A stretch of 33,000 bases of DNA. Source: Dicyema japonicum. Taxonomy: Eukaryota > Animalia > Dicyemida. Position numbers and translations under genes: made by a program. The notes beneath the pieces are model-generated. The model ran no database searches, was not told where the DNA came from, and was given only the letters and a program-made list of their open reading frames with translations. Where the stretch lies: the NCBI GenBank assembly GCA_011109175.1, contig RDEW01000027.1:612827-645826 (forward strand), given 5' to 3'. This document shows positions 1 to 11,377 of the stretch, piece by piece. The stretch's first letter is position 1. Each line of letters opens with the position of its first letter.

Positions 1-49
1 CTCCTATTTTATTATTAATCTTTTTCGGAACGTTTCTCCCAGCTTTTTA

Positions 50-480
50 ATCATTATTCTTCCAGCTTCATGTATGTGTCCTGGACCTTTGATCTCCTCC
101 TGAAACCATTGATCCGATCTTCCACAATCTTGCTAATCGGTTCCATGACTTTGTTTTCGTCGTTTAGACAGTCTTTCAGTTTCTTTTTTAAAGAGAGCTT
201 AATTACAGCTCTTCTAGTCTTCTCTAGGAGGGATAGGATCTTGTCCCTCTTCAGAGAGAAGAACCACCCCTCGCACCCATAAAGTAGGCTAGGGAGAATG
301 ACTCCCTTGAAGATAAACAGGTAAGTGTCACGACTAACGTGTAACTTCCGTGTACATAGGAGCGACTGAAAGGCTCTCTTTCTCCTCCCCTATATGTCGT
401 CCATGTAATCTCCTGCGTGTCCATAGTCGACCCCCAGGCAGCGCAGACTGTGTGAATTGTTTCGAATTTTTCAACCTTAG
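50..480 (-). mobile_element. Degraded non-LTR retrotransposon fragment (RT C-terminal/thumb region, RTE-like)
   Basis: Minus strand reads LGVDYGHAGDYMDDI*GRRKRAF...IFKGVILPSLLYGCEGW, matching the LINE post-RT motif 'YLG...DI..R...A' followed by 'ILP.LLYG.E.W'. Contains an internal stop and a frameshift. Ends approximate. Confidence 0.55.
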
Positions 481-756
481 ACATCTCCCACGTTAACGTC
501 CTTTCAAGAAAAGATCAACACATTTGGTGATCATGAAAATTTTCAGTAGCCTTCTCATTGTCTCTCAAAGTTTTTTTTCGTGAGTCAAGCACTTTCTGAC
601 AAATGCTGACGTTGCATAGCTACGAGTCCGTTTTCATTACAAGGTCTCAGGGTGCTGTTGGATCAGTCACATAACCGTTTTGATAAAAGTGGATTGAAAA
701 CCTTTAATATTCCATAATTTTATTTTCACCAATTTTACTTTAATTGGATAATCCAT

Positions 757-1153
757 GATGGCAAAGCTTCAGAAGGAAGAGAAGCGTCGAATACACGAAG
801 ACTCAGGTTCGGAATAACCTCGACAGGCATTCCCCTTCATTCACTCCCCAGTCGCTTCTAATGAAGTAAACCGATGCCTAAAAAATAAGCAACAATCAAT
901 AACAGACAATACCAGGAAATCAAACATACTTATCAGTGAGTCAAAGGTGAACCAAGAAAAGAGGTGACTAACCACGTGTTCATCTAGAAAGCATGAGGTC
1001 CAAAACGACAAAACTAATCGTCCTATTCCAGTAAAGCCGTATAGCGATCGCCGTGAAGGACTGCTAGTAAACACGAACTGTCCGTGGAATATCCACTGTC
1101 TACTAAAAATGTGTGCACGTAGACAAATAAAAAAATTAAATAAACATCATTAA
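757..1153 (+). CDS. Possible small spliced gene of unknown function (5' structure unresolved)
   Basis: Removing two 24-nt GT-AG segments (gtaaaccgatgcctaaaaaataag; gtgactaaccacgtgttcatctag) gives a continuous hydrophilic frame ending at TAA 1151-1153. No homology recognised, and the start codon could not be linked cleanly. Confidence 0.25.
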
Positions 1154-1162
1154 AATCAAATT

Positions 1163-1985
1163 CTATCTAAGAAAAGCTCCAGTTGTTTTACCATGGGAGA
1201 ACTTACTACCAAACGAATTATTGGAGGAAACTAAAGCTCATTAACAAAAAAACCAAAGGGAGACCGCTGTCCCGTGAACTTTTGCAAATCCTTAGAAGGA
1301 TCGAACATCTCCCGTTCCTCCTCTTCCTTTGGTTTTGCCATTTTCTTCCGTTTTTGGTGCAATTCAAACAGAGACTTCTCCGAGTTGTGCTTCTACAAAA
1401 TGACCCCACCGAGAACATTATATTCCCCCATCATTTTCCACATCTTCTCGTCATACTCTTCGGCCTCCTGCTGCATCGCCTTCCTCTCTATCTCGCTCAT
1501 CCTCTAAGAACTATCGAACCGTCGAAATACAGGCTTCTTTGGTTCTGAGAACATTCGTCCAGAAATGCTAGTCCACAGAGAACGACTGTTTTCCTCGTCG
1601 GGAGAGAGTTTCTTTTTTCGGACACGGAAAATCCGCAGCTTGACTTCAAACAGTCAGGAAGATCTGTCATCCACTCTTCTCTACACTGCCGTGTATTCTC
1701 GGGCTTTTTTATAATGTCATGTGTACTTTATGATTCAAATCGGGGGGATCACTACCATCGATTGATTCTGTAAGATCATTGGCACAATTGGACTGGGATG
1801 GCACCTCTTCTCCTGGAGGAAAAGGACCTATTATGGGACCTTCAGTATGTGATATTTCAGTATGGGTGATGGGAGGTAATGAGGGACCGTAAAAATCGTC
1901 ATCGTCAGAGCTTTCGACTAGATTAATAGACTGATCAAAATATACTAAGGTTTGATGGTAATTCAGGACCATATTTGTTATCCAT
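1163..1985 (-). CDS. GPALPP1: GPALPP motifs-containing protein 1 (DUF3752 family), multi-exon
   Basis: Spliced product MDNKYGPELPSNL/IESSDDDDFYGPSLPP...IIGPFPPG...REEWMTDLP...RSLWTS...SLFELHQKRKK...EREMFDPSKDL...SKFSHGKTTGAFLR*. Five introns of 23-28 nt. One -1 frameshift near 1612-1630 lies in A/T homopolymers, probably an assembly error. Confidence 0.85.
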
Positions 1986-2513
1986 AACAAAAGTCACAAC
2001 AAGAAACCAATTTATACTAAATTTAAAAAAATTAATTTTTTAATTAAATTCTTAAAATTAATAAAAATTTTATTTAGGAAAGAAAAGATAGCAAATGGTC
2101 ATATAGCGGTTTCCTTGACTGCGTGGCTATTCTCTTTTAGGATGGGAAGTGAGATTTGCTCAAATAACCAGCAACGCCTACGAGGGTCTTCTGATCGTGA
2201 GAAATACGATTCCCTAGACGACTCAAGAATTCCAAGAATTCTAAAAATATATTTAATAAATTCCACTCAACTTCTTGTTTCTCTATTGTGTGGGTTAATG
2301 AATCAAAAAATATCAAAGCCATTAGGGATCTCAGCTCGGTATCCTTACTTTTTTCTCGACGTTACTAGGAATTCCAGATTTATCATTAGTACCAAACATA
2401 GAATCATAAGCTATAAATGTACACGTGCCGTTTGGATGGTACTGTTCGCTAACCGTTTTCCATTCTCTTTACTTGAAGTTTAACAGATCCTATCACCGAG
2501 GCCTTCTTTAATA

Positions 2514-2830
2514 TTATTAACCCCAAATACGGAGATAAAGAAGTTACTAGTTAACAAATAGTGTATCCAGTTTCATGTCACAAAAGCAGAGTCCGTCCAA
2601 CGTCACAAAGTCTATCAAGATAAAAGTCCATTCCTTGCAGTTGTGGAAATCAAATGATTATTTTTTGTACCTCCAGCAACTGGCGAAATCTGGGGGAGAA
2701 CGAATATCATTTTCGGGACACTTGAGACAGATGGATCATACAATGTCACTCTACTATAAAGTGAAGAGGGGGAACAGAAGAAACAAACAAAAATCTTCAA
2801 TCAAGTCGCCATATGGCACCACGTGGTCGA
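2514..2830 (+). pseudogene. Copy of an unidentified dispersed gene-like family (paralog of 15200-15505, minus strand)
   Basis: Shares collinear blocks with the reverse complement of 15200-15505: ttattaacccc, aaagaagtta, agtgtatccagtttc, tgcagttgtggaaa, agacagatggatca, gtcactcta, ggaacaga, gcaccac. In-frame stops present. Confidence 0.6.
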
Positions 2831-3242
2831 GCTTTAATTCAAGGCATTCGTTGTCTCTTACTGCACTTTCTACGTCCACAGATCTCCATTAAGAACTTAA
2901 TGAAACATCGTTCATGAGAGCACCATAATTCTGATATTTCCAATAAAACAAACGAAACTGAGAGAAATGACTAAAACTCTAATTTTTACCGCCAATATGC
3001 GACCAAATGAAGCACAAGAAGTCCCAAATTTAATTTACTACGAAACTAAGGAAAACTAAGTAAAACTGCATATCCCGCGATCCTTTCTCATAATTTAATG
3101 TTTTATCTATTTTTACACAAACTTTAATATTATCTGTCCTATCCTGCCATCACAAAATGAGCCATTTAATAATATTTATTTACCCAAAACAAAACATCAG
3201 TCTTTAGTCTTCTTTTCTGTAATACTACATTTACACTCAATA

Positions 3243-4959
3243 TTACGTTGATTTTGTCTTTTTTGACTTTGTCGGCAAACTCTTTGATCCACTTTTACTG
3301 AACTTGGCCTTCCAGAAAGAGAAAAATTTTCTCTTTTTAGGAGCTTTCTTTTCAGGTACTACTTCGTCCTTAAAAATGAGGGAATGTGACTTACAGGTGT
3401 CTCAGGTTCGAGAATCTTCTCTTGGTAGCTAACATCCCTAAGCGATTCAGTTATTTCAGCCAATATCTGTTCCTTCTCGCATCTCCCAATGCTGACTTCA
3501 TCGATTGACTCCTCCGTAGTTTGAATTCCTTCCATACTAGCAGTCTCCTCAACCGAGCTGACTTGATTTTCATTCGAGGAAGGAAAATGTGATTTATCTA
3601 AATTGTTGAGTTTACTCGGTTACCCTCGCCAATATCAATTTCGCCCCCAAATTCTTGGCCTCCCCCAAGTGAATAGTGTTTGCTCACACCCGAAGAAATA
3701 GTGAGAGACTTGTCGGTACTTTTAGGGTTCGAGCCGTCACTTTCGACAAAATTGTTCCCATTCGTAGTCCATTCTTCCTGACTTACGATTTCTTCCATTG
3801 AAAGGTTTAATTCTTCATTTGGCGGAAGGGATAGTGATTCGTCAGCTTTTACAGGTGGGGGTTGATCATTCACATGTTCAGTTCCTTCCTCTTCCCCAGT
3901 TTCTCTGTTTGAAACGTTTATAGCTTCAGTTGATGAGACGGAGAGTGTCTTTTCCGTATTTATGGAGGGAGACTCAATTTCATTGGTCTCATCCCCCGCT
4001 AGAGAGAGCTCTTGGTCGGGAATTCCCATGATTGGAGTACTCATGGGTTCATTTGACGTTAACAATCTGTCAATTTTAACAGCCTGTGAGAGATCGTCTC
4101 CACCAGTAACAGAGTCCTCACTGAATTGGCATTCCCAGTCATCATCTTCTTTGTACATGCTCACTAATTTGTTCAACTTGTTGTGAATCTTTCCAGATCT
4201 TCTTATTATTCGGGGTTCGCTTAATTTCCTGGGTTTTGAATCATCCCCCGAATGATTTTGACCCGACTCTATATCTCCGGAAGTCTTCAAAGTTTCGACA
4301 TCTTTGTATATTTTGTAATTTTCAACGACTAATGAAGAAATATCTGCAGATTGGACGTTTTCGCATTCAAAATATGCTTCCGTTTCAATTTTTATCTCCT
4401 GATTGGTCGAGCTGAGGGCTATAACCACCAAAATATACTTTCTCCCATCGACCAATTCAGTTTCAACCACGTCGGCAGGTTTTGGGAGAACGTCCTCAGT
4501 TTGGTCAAGTTTAGCGGAATCCAAGTCATCCTGGAGTAATTAACGTTAAATTACGAGTTTAGAGAAAAAGACACTGCTGTATGTAATCTTGCGACTTTTT
4601 GAGCGTCGATGAATCTCAGCCTCGTTGTAAGTGTCCTCTGAATTTACGACCATTTCGTGTGACAAATCTCCAACTGCGCTAACTTTTGGAAATAAAGCTG
4701 AGATTATGACGGAAAAGCTGCCATATTTGATGATTTCTATTTTTAGACACATCAAGCCATTTTAGCAATTAACTAGCTCATTCATGAATTAAGAACTTCC
4801 TCCGTTCCACTTAATGGAAGACTTATTCAAGTTCCCCCACATTGGGGTAGACGAGATTCGACCTTTGAGATTTAGCATCCAATACTTCTTCGCATCAAAA
4901 CCTGAGTTTCCAAGGAAGAGGTACAAGAGGTTGTATCCACCCTGAGGAGATGAAGACAT
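3243..4959 (-). CDS. Uncharacterised acidic Ser/Glu-rich (probably disordered) protein with a basic C-terminus, multi-exon; may extend 5' to about 6140
   Basis: The 308-aa ORF 3598-4524 is joined to flanking exons by 24-26-nt GT-AG introns. Last exon reads DEVVPEKKAPKKRKFFSFWKAKFSKSGSKSLPTKSKKTKST* (stop 3243-3245), with an NLS-like PKKRK. 5' end uncertain. Confidence 0.6.
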
Positions 4960-6248
4960 TAAGTGCTTGATCACTTACTCAAACCTCCAAATAATTGTTC
5001 TATTTTTAGAAATTGTGTTATATTTTTATAGTTTTGGTAAAAACACGACTATCCTATAAACCTCGTAGGTCTCTTAGGACGACTGGGATCATCCAAAAGG
5101 TCGACTCTACCATGCTTAAACTACAAGTTAAAATAATATTCGATTTTACTAAAGGAGATAGTCGGATAGTCCTTAATAGACGTAAATTAACTCTTTACCT
5201 CTTTGAAGATAATTCTGACTATTGACCCCAACAGATCGTCCAGTTCATGATTGGATTGTGTTTTCTTTTTTAACTACGGTTGTTGAAACTGATGATTTCA
5301 AAATTAAGGAGTCCTTGATTGAACTCAAAAACTCACAGGAAGCATTCATTTTATTTAACCTGGTCTTATATAGGTAGGCAATGAACCCACGTGGTAACCG
5401 CAGTAAGCTGAGCCAGGTTTACCCGAACGAGGAAAAGAGGATTCACTAACATCGCTGCTCAGTGGAGGGTGACCAAGAAACTAGTCAAATCCAAAGTTTG
5501 ACGAACGTGAATACTTAACTGCAGAACCAGATCATCTACTAGGACTCACAAAAAGTAAAGAGCATTCGTTGGTTCTCTTTCTAACTGTTATTTACTCCAA
5601 GAAGTGTGTCCTGTCTGTGCGAACTTATATGTATTATTGCTCTCCCGAAAATTACTCAGTCATATATTTTAAGACTGTTTGTCGAATATCCTCACAACCA
5701 TTCTTATATAAGGACTGATCTAACTTCCACATTGTCTTTTACATATATGGTGAGCTTACAATCAGGACTCAAAGGTGAAAACTGTCTACTCGTTTCATAT
5801 GCGGAACTCCAAAAGATGGATAGCTTGCACAGAAAACATTTACGAAAACTATCAGGCTAGACTAGACAAAGAAAATTTCGATAAGAGACTATATCGTGCA
5901 ATCAGTCCCATCGAGCATGAGACTGGTTGAATCGAGGTGGAGACTCTTTGGGAATGTACTGCGTATTGACATAGATGCCCCTGCAATAATGGAACAATAA
6001 TTGAACAATGAGAGTAGACTCCCCTTCTATAGAGGAATGCTGTGGATCACTTTCCCTGTAGCCCTCAAAGTGGATCCTAGAGACTATTATATGATCATTG
6101 GAGAGTGACCCATGGGAGTTGACTATTATATGAATTATCACTTTTCTACAAATTGTTGTAGAAATTAGTTTTGTTATTTAAAATCCAAGGGCATAAAGAG
6201 GAAGTTGATTACTTAGGTGACCATATAATAATTTCTGATGGTTTAAAT

Positions 6249-8017
6249 CAGGGGTTCTCAACCTTTTTTTGCTCGTCGACCCCTTGACTTTTTTTTGACC
6301 TCCCTATTATTTAATCGACCCCTTAAAACTTTTTTATTTAGAACAGACAATTCTAAGTAAAATTAGTTAACTATCTAAAATGAATTCATTGTTAATAATC
6401 AAATAAAACAAAAAAAGTATATATTCAATGTTAAGTTGGTATCTTAGCATAAATCTATAATAAAAAAATTAAATACCAATGGGATCCCTGTGACTGATGT
6501 TTTTTGACCAAAGATTCGATATCTGGCTCTATTTGTGTTATTTTTAAACGAAGATCTCCTCTAATGGACACTTTCAATCTTTTTCGTTCTTTATTTACAA
6601 TTCGATGTAGAATGCTAAATCCGCATTCAACACAGTATGATGTCAGAAGATAGAGTAGCAATTGTGCTATTTTTGTCCACAATTTTGAATAACTCTCTTT
6701 CATATTTTGCCAAAAAATAACAGGTGATTGTAAATCATTATAATATATTTTTGAATTCTTCTTGAATATTTTTTTTGTTCTTCTGGCTTTGACAAAAACG
6801 GATTATCATCCAAGATGGAACTTGTAATTCAAGAATATCTTGGAATCGAACAATCAAATCTTTTTCTATACTTAATAAATGTTGCAAAAAGTTGTTAATA
6901 TCTTCATCATCAAATGTTTGACCAATTGAGTAGAATTCGGGAATGTTATAATAATTTCTTTTTTAAGTTATATTTATATAACTTAATTTTTTCAATAAAT
7001 ATTTGAATAATTCTTTTACAATCTATTACGTCACATACTTTCCCTGAAGTTCTAATAAAACTTCATTAAATTTTCCAAAAATCCAAGTCAAATAAACAAT
7101 TTCTTACTTTTTCGATACAATTAAATCTGCTAAATTTTTGTCACCCTCAGAAGTAAGAAAATTTACGATTGTGTCAAACAATATTGAAAATCGTTCTAAT
7201 GCGTTCTAATGCATTTCGTACCTGTAAAATAAAATTGGAAACTATAACCTCAGTGTGAAGCACAAGACGGACATATGTTTCTTTAGCCACAGCAAAATTC
7301 ACATAAAATATGTTCAACATTATCTGACATTTCGTCAATCCTCGGCGAATTGAATCATTGCTAATTGTCACGGATGTTAAAATTTCGTAGGGATTTAAAC
7401 CCATCAGATCTGATAGAATCACTGATATAGATGGTTTGATGAGATTTTCACCATAAACATGGGAACTCTCATTGTTAACAATAATCATTGCAATTTTATA
7501 GGATGCAATTAGTCGTCCTAAATATAATTTAAAATAACAACTATTGTTTCTTTCACTACTATTTGTAAAAACTGTCAATCGTTTTTGTTTACGAAAAGAA
7601 TCCTTTAATTCTTCAAAATATTCTAATGGTTTATCTTTTTTATCCGAATGTTTACTCCTAAATGATCCAACAATTTGGACGATTTCATTGCATCATTTGA
7701 TAACTTGTTACAGAGTAAGCAATATGGTCTATTTAAAAAAAATTTTATAAATCCAAATGCCAAATATTCATTTTTATATTGACGAATTTTTAATGTAGAA
7801 GGACTACACAAACAAAAACAAGCATGGTAATTTTAAAAATTTTAAAGAACAAAGGTTTACCACTTTAAAAATAAACTAACTTAATTTAAATTGAAAAAGA
7901 TTAAATATATTAAATTTATTTTCGACCCCAAATATTTCATTTTCGACCCCCTTACGATCGATATGGATTGATTTTAGACCCCTGGGGGTCAAATCGACCC
8001 CAGGTTGAGAACCCCTG
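6249..8017 (-). mobile_element. hAT DNA transposon, Buster/Charlie-type, internally deleted with a degenerate transposase
   Basis: Perfect 16-bp TIRs CAGGGGTTCTCAACCT (6249-6264; 8002-8017). Perfect 8-bp TSD GTTTAAAT (6241-6248; 8018-8025) with central TA. Subterminal (T)CGACCCC repeats at both ends. Peptides RQYKNEYLAFGF..RPYCLLC..LSNDAMKSSKL (BED-finger region) and SYCVECGFS..RGDLRLKITQIEPDIESLVKKHQSQGSH (C-terminal dimerisation domain). Confidence 0.95.
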
Positions 8018-8159
8018 GTTTAAATTATGATATTATATTTATTCAGTATTTAAGCAAAACATGTTTAATTTAATAAAATTAAATTTAAAAATTATATTTT
8101 TTTATTACTAACGATCTGAAAATTGATAAAATGACCAATTAAAAAAATATTTGAATAAA

Positions 8160-9415
8160 CTAGATTAATGTGCAATGTGATGTTTTCTTATTTGTAGAAA
8201 TTTGCTTTCTTGAAACAGATTTTCTTTGGAAATGCTCAGTTTTGGGTTCATTTTCTTCAGTCAAATCCAATGTATTTTTTCTCTGTTCTTTGTTCATGAA
8301 ATGCATTAAAATTCGATAAGTCCCGCATACAGATCCCCGTGTATTCATTCTATTCTCGTCGATGACTTGATTATCAATCCCCAAGTTTTCCAGAATTGAC
8401 TTTGCTTCCAATTCTACCTTTGTTACCGAAGGTCTGTCGAACACAGGGAAAAGGATCTTCTTCTGATCCCGTTCTTCCGTATATTCCCACTCAAGCCATT
8501 CGAAATCACAGAGTTCGTCGACTGTAGGTCTTTTTTGGGGGTCGCCATCAAGCAGGGATTCAATGAGACACTTGCATGAATCGCTTATTGACAGAGGAAT
8601 GTCAATCTTTCTAAAGCGAACTTCGAGGACCGCAGAGGCAATGTCCCTTTTATTTCCATCAAAAAGAAGGTCCCCACTGATAATATAGTATAGAAGTACT
8701 CCCATGGCCCACATGTCCACTTTGAATCCACTATACAGCTGTTTCGCTATTATTTCGGGAGCACTGTGTGAGGGGGTTCCGCAGAATGTCTGGGAGTTTC
8801 TCCGGTCGTCGCATCTCGTTGAAAACCCAAAATCGGCTAGTTTAACTACGTTGCCCTTGGAAACAAGGATGTTGTCGGATTTGATGTCCCTGTGGACGTA
8901 ATTGTTCGAATGCTACGTTTATGTCCCCCGAAACCATATATTTCAGCGCAGACACAATTTGCTTGAAATAGAACCGACCCATGTTCTCCCCAAGAGGTCC
9001 ACCATTTTTTATTTTGCCTGTTAGGTCCCCATTCTCTGCATATTCCATGATCAGGTGGAGTTTCTCGTCGCTTTCTATCACCTAACTTATAAGCGTGGGG
9101 GAACCTCGAATAACCGCAAAATGTTCTTGTGACTCAACTCTTCTAAAATTTGGATTTCCCGGCGGATAAATTGCAAGTCTCTAGCATTTAGTCTCCTTTT
9201 GAAAATTATCTTCACAGCTACCATTTCTGGGGGTTACAAAACACTCAACTATTCGTCAGCATGTGCTCTGCCTGCTTCACCTTTGAGAAGTTCCCCTCTC
9301 CTATGTTCCTCACAAATCTATAAAGCCCAATGCGCTTCCCTAGGACGAACTCCCTCTTGATCTTTTCATTCCACAATTCCTTGACTTTTAGACTTTTGTA
9401 ATTATTTTCATTCAT
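8160..9415 (-). CDS. NIM1K: AMPK-related Ser/Thr kinase, NIM1-like, 4 exons
   Basis: Motifs GKRIGLYRFVRNIGEGNFSKVK, VAVK, HRDIKSDN, DFG, TFCGTPSHSAPE, VDMWAMGVLLY, GTYRIL and C-terminal CaaX-like CTLI*. Introns of 23, 23 and 22 nt restore a single frame. Confidence 0.9.
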
Positions 9416-11377
9416 TTGGAGTCGGTCATTAGCCACAATATATATTTTAATCGATTTTAGCCACGACAATCGCTTATTACGACAGTAATCAACAACCACC
9501 TCTTTTCTCGGTCAGTCTTCGATTTCAGTGTGACGCTTGATGTGCATTAAGTATCTCTAGGACTGTCAGTTTTTGGTAGTTTCTTCCTGTTGCAAACGAT
9601 TTCTGTCACTCGAAGGGAGTGGGGGTAAATAAATAATGTGCAATCGAGAAGCTGATTAGATTTCCAGTCTAGATATAACTCTATTATAGGCCTATGTCAG
9701 GATAACTGGTCCACGGTTTATCTTACAGAGGTATTTAACATTGGAATGTAATGTGATGGAAGATCCAATACCCTCAAACAAAACTTTTACTGTTCACTTA
9801 TGCATGGGAATATCAGATTCTTTCAAAAAAGACTTATCCTTTCAATGTTTTTGATTGAACGTGGATCACAGTAGGTAAAATGATATCCTGAGAGAGAATA
9901 ACCACGCAGTCCGTTAATTATTTAAATGAACGTAATGTGATTTCGGTCTCCCTTAGTAACATCAATTTTTTGTCCTTTTCTCGATATCCAAAATACCTTT
10001 GGTAGGTACGACTGACAAAAGATTTTCCGTTACGGATGAAATGACCCATGGATATTTCGACAATGACATCAAAGGGTGTTCCCTTTATCACTACGTCAGT
10101 GAATTTTTTGTATTACTTGAGTGGCTTATGAGTGAAAGAAATAAGATCCGTTCTTGCTGTGGGTCCATAAACTGGCAGTCGTATACAAATACTGAATTAC
10201 TTGACGAATGCGAGAATGCTTGCACATAAAGTGAAACGATCAAGAAGGACAGTGGAGAAAAGTGCACATTTTGCTACAGAATTCAAATGAGGTCTAAGTC
10301 GAAAAAGATATACGTCATTCAGATTAAGAGGATAGGTACAAAGAGAAAATATTGACGGGAGCGAAGTTCGAGTCCACTTGGTGCGCCTGTGGATCTACGT
10401 TCGTATCATGGACACTCGTCCTCTACACTCTGCCAATCATGTCTATTTGACGACCAGAATATGGGCCTCCTCTACTCTTGTGCGAATCCACCTCCAAGTT
10501 CCGCACAGAACCAATTACAACCGTCGGATATTTGGAAGAGTCCGCTCTTGGCTGTGACGTTCTTGTTAGCTACCGACTTCTTTCATTCAAAGGAGCTGGT
10601 GGTAAATAAATATTGAGGAATATAACTCTTTTGGATATTTGTTCCTTTTCTAATAACAGAATTATCAAATAGGAATTGAAGCAGATAAGCTTTTTGAAGG
10701 AACGACTGGAAATTACAGTCAGCCGCTTGTAGGTACCAACCTCAAACTCGTTAGCGAAGCAAGGGTTACTAATATTGTTAAAAACATTACTTGACAACTA
10801 GACAGCTATAATCCCTTTAAAAAAGAAATGGTCAATTTGGATGAAAGGAAATTGATAGAAATTATCATGTAATACTCTCCTAATACACAGGCACACTGGA
10901 ATCACATTAATAGAATATACAGATACGTTAGGAAATGAGCCATAAAGGACTATCACACAAGATATTCACTAGACATCAACAAATCACATTTCTAGAGCTT
11001 ATTGGTGACGAATATTGAGTAACAACGAAATCTTAATTAATCTGCAAAGTCATCTTCTGGCAAGAAGAGTGGAAAGAGAATCAAGCTTATATGAGTCAAT
11101 AGAGACATTAAGTGATTCACCATCAGAAGCCACCTCACATTGACTGATATTCTCCCCACGATCCCATCCACTCACTATAAGCTCGTGTGTACTGTAAATG
11201 CACGTGTGATATGAATTGAAATCCCACTTCTGGATAAAAAATGGTTGGCCCCGGATTCACTTGCCCTAGACCCCCGTGACCGGCCATTTGAGGGAACATC
11301 TACACGTGCAGCTATCCAGTTGCAAATAACAAGCCACTATAATATTAAAGTCACACAAATAATATATAAACAAAAAA

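Noticed and set aside
1605-1632. -1 frameshift in GPALPP1 as programmed frameshifting
   Set aside because: It falls in A/T homopolymer runs; an assembly indel is the simpler explanation.
9700-10330. Possible second Merlin relic on the minus strand (VIVEI..RK..YFG)
   Set aside because: Too degraded; the catalytic DE(S/T) motif is absent, so it cannot be supported.
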